DNA of 64,000 bases from Parasitella parasitica NRRL 2501 (GCA_025201805.1 MU619243.1:349773-413772); one strand, 5' to 3'; positions 36,684 to 50,329 are shown, numbered from the stretch's first letter. Numbers and translations: made by a program. Notes: generated by a model not told the origin, from the letters alone.

Positions 36684-39357
36684 ATGGGAGCCTCATCCGA
36701 TTCCAGCACGATAACAAAACTTGTAAAACTAGGCTGTTTGATAGGCTTCATCTTCGTTGGCTTAACTTCATTGCTTCGTTTTATATTTGGTAAGAAAATC
36801 AGTCTATTTTGCAAAAGTAGGCTTTGATTACTGATTTTTGGTCTGTAGTCCCTAAGGACCGAAGCCGGTGTTCAAGTTTATTAAATCATGGCTGGTGGGT
36901 TGATGATACATACAAAAATTGGCAGCCAGCGAGCTGTATGATGCACAACTACAAACAGCCAGAGATATCAGAGTGTCTTGGCCATTCTCGTATAGTCTAT
37001 GTTGGAGATTCAATTATACGACAGCAGTTTTTTGCAGCTCTAAACTTGATCAAGCCTGGCGTGGATACAACAGGAGAACCGCACGTTAATCGCAAATACG
37101 TATTTAATGACCAACATCTGACACTAGAGTTCTGGTGGGATCCATACTTGAACGAAACAACAGACCTACTGCAAGGAGCTTTGCCTTCAATCCGACCTAG
37201 TTTGATGGTGGTAGGCTCAGGCGCATGGCAAATGCGTTATTTAGGAAACGATTACTTTGAGGAATGGAGAAAGGGAATGGACACCATTTTTGATGCTGTG
37301 CAACAAACACAGGTGGCAGATGCAGTACTATTGAGTCCCGTCGAAATACCACAGTATGAAAAATTAGGAGCCAACCGAACACTGACGATGACTATCGAAA
37401 AAATCACTAAAATGAACGACTATCTAATGGACAAGCAGGATCAATTGCAGAAGCCAAAAACACCTCTAGTTGTGCCCTTTGTCTGGAACGAACTCGGCAC
37501 AATGGCATCAAATGTGACGGAAGACGGGCTCCATTATAACCCAATTATCACCACAGTGCAAACGCAAATCGGTCTCAACTATCGATGTAATGATCAGCTC
37601 AGTAAAAAGTTCCCGATAAGCAATACCTGCTGCTTCAACTATCCAGCACCAAGGTGGTATCAATTAGCGTTTATGGCCTTCTTTTTGTTCTGGGTGCCTG
37701 CTGGGTTTTTGGTCAAGAATACAACATCAGGTACGAGTTTTTTTTTGATAGCGTATAGGCTTGTAACACTGGAATTTGGTTGTAATCGTGCCTGTCAAAA
37801 ATAGATACTTCGGTACTGAGCAAGCTGTTTCCTTGCAAGAAGCTTTTGAACGCTTGCTTCGTGTTTGGATTATGTGTGATTTACATGTTTTATGGCGACA
37901 GAACACAATTGTTAGGTAAAATCCAGAAAAACTTCAATGCTACGGTATTTATTGGGATGATGATGGCGACCGCCGTGCTGGGCCTGGCCAAATTGCAGCA
38001 CAAAAAGGAAGGAGACCAGGGATTTCTGAATCGCCACCAAACCGATGAATGGAAAGGATGGATGCAGGTGATTATCTTGGTATACCACTTTTGCGGAGCG
38101 TCAGGAACGTCAGGCATTTATAATGCTGTGCGCATCTTGGTAGCTGCGTACCTATTTCAAACGGGCTATGGTCACTTTTTCTTCTTTTACAAAAAGGCTG
38201 ATTTTGGCATGGGCCGAATTTTAAATGTCATGGTACGACTTAACTTTTTGACATTCGTATTACAATACTTGATGAACACCGATTATTTGAGCTACTACTT
38301 TACTCCACTGGTGTCATTTTGGTTTTTGGTGATCTGGGTGGTCATGTATGCTGGACATCAATGGAACAAGGTACCGGCATTCATGTTGACCAAGCTTGCT
38401 CTGTCCTGTGTTGCCACTACAGCATTCATCAAAGTCAACGGCATCTTGGAATTCGTGTTTCAGATTTTGGAAATTGTGTTTAATGTGCATTGGAATGCTG
38501 GTGAATGGCGCTTTCGCTTAGCCCTGGATGCTTATATTGTCTATGTGGGCATGCTCTGTGCTTATATATTTATCAAAATGACAGAACAAAAGGTAGTAGA
38601 CCATCCACGCTTCCCTCTGCTTAAGAAGGGGTCTCTTGTATTCTCTGTGCTGGCCATGGTCTGGTATTTTTGGTACGAAATCACCCGTGAAAACAAGTTT
38701 GTTTACAATGACACGCATCCTTACATCTCCTGGGCTCCTATTATGGCATTCATTTTCCTTCGCAATGCAAATGTTTATTTACGAAACACGCATTCTGAAT
38801 TTTACGCTTTCATTGGCAAGATCTCGCTGGAAACCTTCATAGGCCAATTTCACATGTGGCTAGCTGGCGATACCAAAGGCTTACTAGTGATTTTAGCACA
38901 TCCAACTTGGGTAGCCGGTCTTGGATGGTGGGTCAATTTTATAATCTCGAGCTGTTTATTTATCTTTGTCTGTCACTACATGAGCCAGAGTACACACGCT
39001 ATTTCTGTTTATATCTGTAAATTGGCTCAATCAAAATCAACAGATGGCTCAACTACAGTAGCAGCACGATCTGCTGGAGGGAGGGAATACCAGGCTGTGC
39101 CTCTTTTACCAACATCAACACCAGAAGTTCAGACCTCATCTACAGGCATTGATCCCGCTGTGCAGCCTACACATGCCAAACAGGAAGCGGCCATAATGCA
39201 ACTGCAACAGGAGCAGGATTTGCAAGAGGGCGAAATATGGGACGCATCACTTGTCAACGAAAAGAAACCAAGTTTAATTACAAGGGTTTTAGACGATACC
39301 CGAGTTAAAGTGCTTCTATTTTTTATTGTAGTCGGATTACTGAATAATTTCTGTTGA
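36684..39357 (+). CDS. CAS1: Cas1p/CASD1-family O-acetyltransferase (SGNH domain + multi-TM acetyltransferase), 3 exons; unrelated to CRISPR Cas1
   Basis: YVGDS and DGLH catalytic motifs; FLNRHQTDEWKGWMQ; YLFQTGYGH; EWRFRLALD; GKISLETFIGQFHMWLA. Confidence 0.9.
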
Positions 39358-39689
39358 TTTAATACATATTAAAGTATGCCTATTTTATATAGCAAACTCC
39401 ATAAATTCACCCCATGTTATAGCAATCTGAAAATTCGGTTCTATTTAGCACGGCGGAGGTTCCTTGGTGGCTATTTGCAGTTATGAATCGACTCGCTGAA
39501 GCAATCATGGGAATAGTATTGCTTGAAGAAAACACAGAGAGACTAGCAATAAACATGTTGTTATTCATTGATGGGCCCCATTACTTTTCTGCACATCTCG
39601 GTAGTAATCACAACAAAATATGCCATCATCACAGCTTGTGTATCGTTGTATTTTTCTAATTTATTGAATAGAGCAACTTTATTGTAATG

Positions 39690-42140
39690 CTATGATATAC
39701 CGCTAGTAGTTGCTTCGTCTTGAAATTCAATCAATACCTGCCCTGATCGCACGTTATTTCCTGCTTGAACATGAATTTTCTTGATAATACCCGATTGGGG
39801 CGTCCTCAGGATATTTTGCATCTTCATAGCTTCAACTACTACCAATTCGGTCCCTTCTATCACCTCTTCCCCTTCATTGACAGCGATGCTAATAATACGG
39901 CCAGGCATTGGACTCGATATAATTTTACTCTGCTCGGTGGTGGACTTTGATTTCATGTATTTGAATAGATTATTTTGCTCTTCAGTATATATATTGACTT
40001 TGTATTTGCTACCATGATATTGGATTCGGAAACCCATGTCCAGCGGGTCAAGATACTGTAGCACCAAAGGTTTTTTAGAGTCACCCACTAATGAATGTGC
40101 CAATAAACCATTTAAAGGCCATTTAGTAGAAAATTTAAAACTACCTTCAGGTGAAACGGCCTAATCAAACAAAGAGGATGAGAACATGCATATAAAAAGG
40201 TGAAGTATAAACTACCTCGAATTCTGTTTCGGCTATATGTTTGACTTTGATATTGGATTTTTTAACTTGTTGGCTTTGTTCATCCGTGATTTCTACCCAT
40301 AAGGACGATATACTGGGCAGTAACATCGAGGCACCTTGCCTGTTTTGAAATTCCTTCTTCATCCATAATGCACTAGTTACAGCAGCCAGCTGTTGCATAG
40401 CTTCTTTGCTCAACTGTTCTGTTTGAAATCCATTTGGATATTCCTCAGCCAAAAAATGAGTTGTGATCTGCGTGCCGTCTTGAAAACGAGAATGAGCAAA
40501 TACTGCTCTCAAGAGTGGGATGTTGTGCGTAACGCCCTTGATAACATACTCGTCCAAAGCTTTCAACATATACTGCAGTGCTTCTTGTCTCGTGTTGCCG
40601 TGTGTTGCCAATTTGCAAATTAGGGGATCATACTCTACATGCATTTCTGAGCCTTCTACGAAACCAGAATCACAACGGATTTTGCCTTCAATGGCTAAAG
40701 GCTCTTGGTATGTCAATAATCTACCAACCGAGGGCAAATATTTCTCTGGATCCTCTGCGTAAACTCGAGATTCAAAGGCCCAGCCTTTGATGTCTATTTC
40801 TTCTTGTTTTAGTACAAGCGGGTGATTTGCTGCCGAGTAGAGCATTTGTTCAACTAAATCCAATCCTGTAACATACTCTGTAATGGGGTGTTCTACTTGC
40901 AGTCGAGTATTCATCTCCAAAAAGTAGAAATTTCGCGACGAATCAACTAGAAATTCGACTGTTCCTGCCGAGTTGTAGCCGACATGTCTAGCCAAGGCAA
41001 CTGCCTGTTCTCCCATCTTTCGTCTAGTTTCATCGTCTACATGAACACTGGGTGATTCTTCAATGACTTTTTGATTTCGACGTTGGATGGAGCACTCTCG
41101 TTCGGGCAAGTAGACGACGTTGCCAAAATTATCTCCCAGCACTTGTACTTCAATGTGGCGAGGGTTATCAATATACTTTTCAATCAACATGCGGTCATCA
41201 CCAAACGAGGATTTTGATTCCTGCTTGGCTAATTTGAACCCGTCTCTCAATTCCTTGTCGTTCCTAGGCGATTTTGCATCCCGTCAGCGCTTGACAAAAG
41301 AGAAACTCCCTCCCCCTCCCCAACACCACGGCAGCTTACCATGCAATCCTCATGCCTTTTCCTCCACCACCAGCGCTCGCTTTTATCATGACTGGATAGC
41401 CGATATCTTGATTCGCGATACGTAGAGCATCTTGTACGCTATCGACTTCACCATCAAACCCAGGTATGCAGTGCACACCGCTTGCCTTTGCAATCAATTT
41501 GCTCTGAATTTTGTCCCCCATTGCTGCGATGGCTGATGCTGTAGGCCCAACAAATGTGATCTTGTTTTGCTCTAGCACTTTTACAAATGTGGGATTCTCG
41601 CTTAAAAACCCGTAACCCGGGTGCACAGCTTCCGCCCCTGTGCGTTGTATAGCTGATAAAATGCGGGGTATTGACAGGTATGATTCTGACGAAGAGGCAG
41701 GTCCTAAATGAACGGCTTCATCAGCCATCTGCACATGCAGTGCATTGGCATCCAAATCAGAATATACGGCCACTGTTTTTATGCCCATCTTCTTGGCAGT
41801 CTTGATTATGCGGCAAGCAATTTCGCCTCGATTGGCAATCAATAGCTTGTCGAATGTCTACATCAGATATTTAAAATACAGTGAATATTGCTGTACATTT
41901 CTTTTTTCTTGAGGATTCATTTTTTTTTTTCGTTTTTCTTTTTTATACCTTTTTCAAAGGTATTGGTAAAGGGGCATTGATTGTAGCCTTAGATGTCAGT
42001 GGTATATTGGGTATAGTCAGTGTGGATTGTGTTTGTAATAGCCGTACGATGACAGATTGAGGTCTTTGCATTGGCAAAAATCGACTTGCCCGCAAAATAG
42101 AAGTGGATCTTTTGATCGTATTGACCAATTGCTTTGACAT
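39690..42140 (-). CDS. PCCA: Propionyl-CoA carboxylase alpha subunit (biotin carboxylase + biotin carrier), mitochondrial, 4 exons
   Basis: [62 protein letters not shown] and the EAMKM biotin site; Arg/Ser-rich presequence. The linker motifs fit PCC-alpha better than MCC-alpha. Confidence 0.85.
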
Positions 42141-42545
42141 TGGTATTACTATTATATTGTTATAAAGTTCTATGTGTTTAAAAAGTAGAAAAGAGCCTGG
42201 TGGGAAAAACGAATGGTTCTGGACATTGAATTTGGAGGTCACATTGGGCAAAATGTCAAGGTTTCCTATCTCTTTCATAGAGTCATGGACAACTGATGAA
42301 TAGTTAATCAGGAACACCGTTGCCATGGCAGCGAATTCAGGGGTAAAGACACTTGAAAAGATTGGCTGTAGCTAGTAACATGGAGCATAAACTGAAAGGA
42401 ATGCGCACGAAATAGTAGTAAAATGAATGGCCACTTTAATAAGCGACCTCTTTTTTATTTTTTGTTTTTTGTTTTTTTCAAAATATCCACGACCGACATT
42501 TCTTCTTTTCCTGCCTCCTGTTCGCCTCAATAACACAATTGCAAC

Positions 42546-44107
42546 ATGTCTATGGCCGAATACAAGATCAAAAGGGATGCTTGTCGTCCAAAAGTATTAG
42601 ACAAATACGAAATTATCGGCTTTATTAGCTCTGGTACATACGGTCGAGTATACAAAGCGCGGTCAAGAAATAAGTAGGAGCTTGACAGACACATCAATAA
42701 AAATGGGATTCTCACTGCTTGCACCCTAGAGACGATCCTCGTGAGTTTGCCATCAAAAAATTCAAACCAGACAGAGAAGGTGATACTCATCATTATGTCG
42801 GTATATCACAATCAGCCTGTAGAGAAATAGCAGTAAGACAACATTCGATGCACTATACAATTCCTCCCATTGACATGCGAAATAAAGCTATGTAGAGAGC
42901 TCAAGCACGAGAATGTGGTATCATTAGAGGAAGTGTTACTGGAAGACAAAGCAATTTTTATGGTGTTTGAGTATGCAGAGCATGATTTTCTGGTAGCAGA
43001 TCATTTAAAAAATCAAGAAAGTACTCTACTAAAACCTCAAACTCTTTTAGCAAATCATCCATTATCATTTACACACAGAACGAAAGCCTATCCTGGAAGT
43101 GGTTGTTAAATCCATCTTGTGGCAATTAATAAACGGGGTTGCTTATTTACATTCTAATTGGGTTCTGCATCGTGATCTGAAGCCGGCTAACGGTAAGTGT
43201 GTTCTCACAAATGTCAAACACTGCTGTAACCATATTCAACGAATCCAGTGCTACTGACGAGCGAAGGTATTGTGAAGACGGGTGATTTAGGTCTTGCGAG
43301 ATTATTCAACAAGCCTCTCCAACCATTGTTTAACGGTGATAAGGTCGTTGTTACAATCTGGTATCGTGCACCTGAACTTTTATTTGGATCAAGACATTAC
43401 ACAAAAGCTATCGATATGTGGGCAGTTGGATGCATTTTTGGAGAATTGTTAGCCTTAAAACCTATTTTCAAGGGAGAGGAGGCAAAGATGGATGGTAAAA
43501 AGAATGTGCCGTTTCAGAGGAGCCAACTGACAAAGATCTTTGAAATTATGGGCACACCAACAAGTGAGTGAATTGCTTTTGTATCATGCTCTCAGCCATC
43601 TCACACGTCCATCACAGAGGAAAGATGGCCAACGATAGATCAGCTACCGGACTATCCTCATTTAAGCTCTTTTCCACAGTAAATGTTGGCTTTTAGTGGC
43701 TCATACTATAACAATACTTAACCATCTCGTGTAGATGTCCAAACAATCTCAAGCAAGTATACCAAATGATGTTGAGTCCAAAGAGTGAAGCTGGCTTCAA
43801 TTTGTTATCAGCACTGCTAGAATATGACCCTGCCAAAAGAATCACAGCAGAAAAGGCTCTGAACCATCCTTATTTCCAGGAAGATCCAAAACCGGTGATG
43901 AAGTAAGTTGAATCCTTGGGGTTGATGTGCCCAAAATAATACTTATGATAAATTATCTGCCCTCCTAGTGTCTTGTCGCAGCAAGGTGTTGAGTACCCTC
44001 TTCGACGTATCACGCAAGAAGACAATGATATCAAAGCATCTAAACAAGTCCAACCCAACAAGGATGATCATTCAAGTAGACTGATTAAAAAACCTAGAAA
44101 TGCTTGA
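42546..44107 (+). CDS. SSN3: Mediator kinase CDK8/Srb10
   Basis: [65 protein letters not shown]. Confidence 0.95.
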
Positions 44108-44256
44108 AAGAGCAACTTTTCCCACAGTTTGATATATATAGAATATGCTGCGTTTTTGCCCTGCAAATAAATGATGTGTCGTGTATATCAGGGATTCTAT
44201 CAAAGACACCTTTGATTTATTTCAACGATATAAAGAATTTTACTGATATAATACAT

Positions 44257-45665
44257 TTAGTTGTGGCTGTTATCTTTCTTTGACAAAGTACTTGAGATCT
44301 GGCTTTTAGCCGCATTCACAGCCTGGACTTTGGCCTGATGAGAGGAAGGGATGGTAGGCTTTCTCAAAGGTCTAATATCGTCGGCAGCAAATCCAGGTAT
44401 ACGAATGTTCCAATTGCGTTCTAAACATTTAAAACAAGCAATGTCAAGATCAATGCCCATCCTTCCCAAACCAGCACAGACTTACCCAAATGCAATTGAA
44501 CATCCTTTACCTCTAATGTGTCAGACTTGCGATGCTTTGCCAATTGGCAAGCAAATGTTGTAACAGATTCGATGAATTCATCAGCGATTTCTAAAAGTAT
44601 CTACAAACAACCAATTCAGATTTGTGTGCGTTCCATCAGCCTCAGATCCAACAAACTTACATCTTCGACCTCAGGCTCTAGTCTTTCGGAGGGATCAATC
44701 TGCGAGACTAATTCTTGAATCTTACGCTTAGTTAATACACGGTGAACACCATCACTATCCAAAGAAGGGGCAGATGCTGGCTTGGGGGCTGGAGCTGGTG
44801 TGGGGACAGGGACATTTGTAGCGCTGCCGCCTGGCGTAGTAACAGTAGAGACAGCTAATGGTGTTGCAGCTGCTACATTCGAGGCGGGTACTTGTGTATT
44901 GTTGGTAGGAAATGTAAACATGCCATTGTTCTTTACTGCGGCGGCGGCAGCGGCTACGGCTGCTTGTGCTGCAGCAGTTGTTGGCGCAGATACGTTGCCC
45001 TTGACATTAGGCGATGCTGTCATGGGAGATGGAAATCCTCCTTGTGGTGATCCGCTGCTTAATTGTTGAGCAGCTAGACCAAGCTTATTCATGGCCTGTT
45101 GTGCCTGTTGCTGCTGTTGAGCTGTACCTAATACAATTATTACAAAAAATGGCCAAACATTGTACACATTGATATTTTACATACGGATTTGCTGTTGTTG
45201 CTGAGCAGGGTTACCAGCAGCAAATTGAGCATACTGTTGTTGCTGTTGTTGCTGTTGCTGAGGATTAAACGAAGCGGGAGAGCCTGGGGCAGATGCTCCA
45301 CCCATATTGTCATTTGCTGATGCTGGTGAGTTTATTTGCTGCTGATTGTTGGTATTCATTTGTTGAGATAATACGCGTTGCTGTAAGTTTTGAGCAACCA
45401 TTTGCGGGTTAAGATTGCTGATAAGTGTTTGGAGCATAGATAGCTTTGTTTGGAGTTCTTGCTCCTGCTTCTTGTATTGCTCTTTATCTTTTTCTGATAT
45501 GTCGGTTCTTTCGATATTGCTGCGTAGTAGTGCTATATTGTTGTTTAAAAACTCGATGTTTTTCTGATATTGGATGATCATCTGTGGTAACTGGTTCATG
45601 TGGTTTTGTTGCTGTTGCTGCTGCTGCTGCTGCTGCTGTTGCTGTTGCTGCTGATTATTCGACAT
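44257..45665 (-). CDS. TAF12: TFIID/SAGA subunit Taf12 (Q-rich N-terminus, histone fold), 4 exons
   Basis: [15 protein letters not shown]...[12 protein letters not shown]...[30 protein letters not shown]. Confidence 0.93.
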
Positions 45666-45929
45666 GTTACGTTTTATGGTTATTAAATTACTGAGAGGAA
45701 GAAAGACTTTGACTGATTGTAACTATATTTCCAATGAGTCCTGACAGAAATTTGCTTTTAATAATAAAATGAAGAAGAAACACTGGTTTTTTATTTTAAT
45801 GAATAAATTTTTTTCAAGTGCGCGATGGGTTCAAGCAAAACAACACCACCACCACCACCACCAGGCCACCACCCATCAATTCATGTACCGCCTCCTAATG
45901 ACAGATCAATACCTGCGTTAAATTCACCA

Positions 45930-47704
45930 TCCCCTCTGCAGTAGTTTTTGTCCATGACCGACAGGATCTTCGGTTATTGCTCTACTATATGGATCTGTTC
46001 TGTAGAGCATCTAATGCTCGGTTCAACTACAGTAAATTCGATGCCTTCTCCCTCTCTGGTCGAGATACTAGCCGATTCTGGAACAGACTGCTACAGGACA
46101 TGAATATTCACCATCTGCATACAGTTCTGGACCCTGACCCTCTCATCTACCTTGGTTTTCCCTTGATACAAAGCACACTACAGCAGACCGACTTTGTCGC
46201 TGCCTTCATCCGAAAGCTTAAACAGGGTCTCCAAATTCACTCTGATCGATCATTGTCAGTCGTTGGTAAAGCCACCGTGGTTAACACGCTGCTCTTCTCC
46301 AAGTACTGGTACATGTTCAGAGTCACCCCTCTTCTACAGAAGGAACTCCAGCAAATTGCCTTCATCGCCATCCAATTTTTTGAAGCAAGGCATCTTCCTT
46401 GCTATCCCCTGGACAACATGGGCCTTACCTCGTTCTCAAGGTGAATTAGGCATCCTTGACGTTAAACACCAGTCTGCTACATTATACTTCCGCTGGGTTC
46501 AGCCTCTACTGGCTACGGAATTGACTGCCCCCCCCCCCGCATAGCAACCCACTCGTGGCTATGCTCTCCGGGCACATCAATAACCAAAAAAGGACTGAGC
46601 TCCATCAGCTCCTTTTGCTATTGCCTACTGCTCGCAGAGCATTCACCAGACATAGTCGGGCCAACGCCATTGATATGATGCCTAGGGACTATGACCGCGC
46701 TGTCATCAATCATGCCACCGGCCTCAAAACTCCCTCTGCACACAATTTTGTACACCACAGCCAATAGTGCATACAAATTACCAAAGAAGTTCACATCCAT
46801 GTCTGTCGCTGACGTCTTCTAATTGCATTCTACTCTCCAGTTTCTTCATTGGAAAGTCTCAGCTGATCCTTCTCTCATAGCTTGGAAGCGTGCTCCAAGG
46901 AAGCTTATCACGCGAATAGGATACGGCGATAGCCATCTCCAGCCCTTCTTCCTTCCTCACTGCAATCCCGCCTCGGTCTCAACGCCCATTTCGTCAGCTG
47001 TTTCCTTCCGTCCATTTGCTGACCAGCTCCTCGTGCCAATCGATTTACAAGACCCCGCTTCTCGCTGCAGCTCCAAAAACTTCGGCGAGGCTTGTTTGAC
47101 TTCCACTGTTGTCCCCCCCCCCCACAACTAGATGCTATTGATAATACTACCTGAACTTTTTTCTGGTCATTGTCGCTTACGATGATTCAGCGCAATGTCA
47201 TCTACAGGTATATCAATAAGTGTATCCCGCACCAGTCCTTTTTTAAACCGCCTGTTTCCCCTCGTCCACACGTCTCCACTGTGCATCGTCTGCTCGGATA
47301 CCATTGATTCTGTTGACCATTTACTGTTCTCCTGTGCCCCCAAAGCATTCGTATGGCAGAGCATTATCACTGAATTTCTCTGGCCCACCGTCGATGTTCA
47401 CGACATTAAACATTCTCTCTGCTCCCTCGACTTCTACTCCGTTCGTTATAGTCAAAAGCCCCAGGCTCCTTCACATCTCATAGTCATACTCACGCTGGCT
47501 CATATTTGAAAGGCTCACTATCGCTTGCTTTTCAATCAAAAACCGTTTCTCCCCTCCTCCATCATGAGCTCCATCCGGCTCGATATCCAAAAGATGATCA
47601 ATGAAGACCAGGTTCATAAGAGTCTGTAGTTCACAACATCTATCTTCGTATCTTTTAGTCTTTGAATCATAGTACGCAAGTAATAAAAACCTTCAAAAAA
47701 AAAT
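45930..47704 (+). mobile_element. 5'-truncated, frameshifted L1/Tx1-type LINE (RT C-terminus, zf-RVT, poly-A tail)
   Basis: ASNARFNYSK, YLGFPL, SLSVVGKATVVNTL, GELGILD, CIVC...DSVDHLLFSC; AATAAA plus an A-run at ~47680-47704. Confidence 0.85.
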
Positions 47705-48026
47705 ACTTGATGCTTTCCAAAGTAGGCTTTGAAGAGTCTGGTAGAACTTTAAGCCAGAAGGGTAAGAATATAGTGACAACATTGACAAAATTGGCCTCAC
47801 AGATTTAAAGAAAATCGAAGACAATATCATTACAGCTGTAAATAATAAAGCGTTTTGCTGTCTTTATCATAATGATTAAGTTCGAGAATGCTTCTTGGTT
47901 TCAAGTAATAATAAAACTATATTAAGAATATAATAGGCGACATTCATAATATATGTATTTATATTTTTTAAAAAAAAAAGTCGAAAGAAATAGTTAAATT
48001 CATGATATCAGTTCATATGAAAATAT

Positions 48027-48885
48027 CTAATCAAAGGTTATAGGTGTAATATCTTCTACACGCTTTCTCCTTTTTGGCTTCACAATTGAAGCTATATTGA
48101 TATCATCATCTTCGATATCTGAAACGTATCTTTTGAGACAAAAGTTATCATAGATCTTGCTCATCTGCTTCAACTCATCAGTGATAGTGTTCAGATTACC
48201 CAGTTCTTTGATTTGCATAGGTACATGGAGTGATATGACCTCATTCATGATAGTTATGTCATTACAGATTGAATTTACTACATAAAACGAGTAGTGGGAG
48301 CCTTTTTGGTATTTGAAGGTTAGAGCTTCTCCATATGGATACTATGTTAAGTTTCTTACCAACTGCTTGTAATGAGCAAGCAATCTTGTTATCCTTTCTC
48401 GACATGATGTTACGAAAAAATATGGCCAATCTTATCAGATCTGTACACAAATTTTCTACATCATGTTGGGCATCTGCACGTTTGACTTCACAGTATCCTA
48501 GTGTCGTACCAAACAACTTCATATCATAGTGCTTCATTACTGCATCTGGGCGGAGGCTGTCCGTGTTTTCCTCCTTGCGATTCAATCTAAGGTCAAATAA
48601 CTCTCCTATATATAACTTTCGATTTTTTACCACAGCAAATGCTTATTTTTTTCAGGGCCATGAAATATTGGAGAGAGGACAGGGTCGAGATAGTTGGTAG
48701 TAAGTTCCATATCGCTTATTTCTTCAGTTTTCTTGAAATTGGGTAGCTTGTTCAGGCTATTTTTTTTTTCTTAGATATGTCACGTATAACATTAGGAGAC
48801 TTGATGATTTTTACCAGTTCAAGTAGATATCAAGAACTTTTTCATGATGCGAATGCGATTCAGCGCCATAAGATTATAGATGCAT
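48027..48885 (-). pseudogene. 5'-truncated intron-containing gene with a PD-(D/E)XK-like nuclease motif
   Basis: Spliceable exons give ELTTNYLDPVLSPIF...RPDAVM...LGYCEVKR...DLIRLAIF...LQAVG; the 5' end abuts a LINE fragment. Confidence 0.55.
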
Positions 48886-48889
48886 TAGA

Positions 48890-49412
48890 CAATACTAGGC
48901 GGAAAACCAAAGCGATTTAGCACAGCTCGGAAGTACAACAAATTGACGCGGTCGTAAGCCTTTTCCTGATATCTTTGTCTAGGGAAGCCATCGTATCACT
49001 CTGTTCAGCGATGGTCCACCGACGCTCTGCATCTTCCATAACGGTTTGACAGCGCAATCCATTTTCAGCAATATACTTGCCAGGTATAGAGCCGATTAAT
49101 TAGTTTGGGAGGTACTGTCATCTTCCGTTGGTTCAAAACCTTGGGTAAAACACTTGTAATCGCAGTTTGCCAGGCTGAGAGGACGATAGTTGCTCATAGA
49201 CTTAGAATCACCCTTTTCTGCAAAAGTGTCATGATGGAATCGTTCCACGAGTCAGGAAAAGTCGCAGAAGCCAAAGCATCATTGAAGACCTTCAATATCA
49301 GGGACTGGTGAGGAGGGTACCGCATAACAAGATTTAAGATCTCAAAAGGGAGACCATCCGGGTCAAGACTAGAGTGACGAGGGGACGACTTGAGAACCTC
49401 CAAGATACTATA
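48890..49412 (-). mobile_element. L1-type LINE fragment (N-terminal part of reverse transcriptase)
   Basis: SSLDPDGLPFEIL, FPDSWNDSIMTLL, RPLSLANCDYK, EKAYDRVN...FGFP, with frameshifts. Confidence 0.85.
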
Positions 49413-49519
49413 TTTTGAGGTCAATTCCGCCGATTAAATTTTTATTCCCTTGAAGTTCATAATAGTGAAGGCTAACTATACTGTAGTGCTGTACAGTAGC
49501 AAAAGAAGTATCTAACTTT

Positions 49520-50329
49520 ATGAGAGATTTACTCGATGACGATAATGTTCAAACACTTCAAGATCTACAGAAAAAGGCCCTTGAAGGGTTCGATGTTAAG
49601 CTAAGCATCAGTGGCATTCATTTGCATTTGATCAACAAAATTGCTTACACGTTAAAAATTGCAAAGCCTTTGATAACCAAAAGAAATAATGAAAGCACAC
49701 TCCAGAAACGCGTAGAATTTGTCACCAAGCTTACTTCCAGCAATACCAACTACGATAGTATTTGTATTTTCGTAGATGAGTCAGGTTTTACCACTTCTCA
49801 AATCAGGAAATGTGCCAGATCCAAGAAAGGGGAAGCAGCAATTGTCAACAACAAGAAAACCAGCGACCTTAACATTACCATTCTTGCGGCAGTTTCTCAT
49901 AACGGTATTGAAAAGATCCATGCAAAGATAGTTCCTGGAGGTACCAACGCCAAGATCTTCCTTGATTTTTTAAAAGTGTTGATCGAATCTTTGAAAGATG
50001 AACGTACTCCTCAGTACATTATTTTGGATAATGCTCGTATTCACCATGCTATCATTGTTCAAGAATGGCTGGATGAAGTAAATTCCAAGGCAGCATTACT
50101 TCATCATCTTTGTTTTCTCCCACCTTACTCTCTTTTTTTGAATCCGGTTGAAGAATGATTCTCGAAGATGAAGTTCTTTATGGCTAGACAACCTTTGACG
50201 AAAAAGAAAAATTTAACAGCATGTATTGAAGAAGCAGGGAATACTGTAAGAAAAGAAGACTGTCAAGGTTGGATAAGGCATTCCGTCAGTTTTTTTCCTC
50301 GTTGTATGGCCAAAGAGAAAAACCTATAG
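49520..50329 (+). mobile_element. IS630/Tc1/mariner transposase, 5'-truncated, with one in-frame stop
   Basis: FVDESG, ILDNARIH, FLPPYSLFLNPVEE; after TGA at 50156-50158 the frame continues FSKMK...DCQGWIRHSVSFFPRC to TAG at 50327-50329. Confidence 0.88.

Noticed and set aside
36684-39357. 'CAS1' as a CRISPR component
   Set aside because: Name coincidence; this is the capsule-synthesis O-acetyltransferase family. No repeat-spacer array is present in the window.
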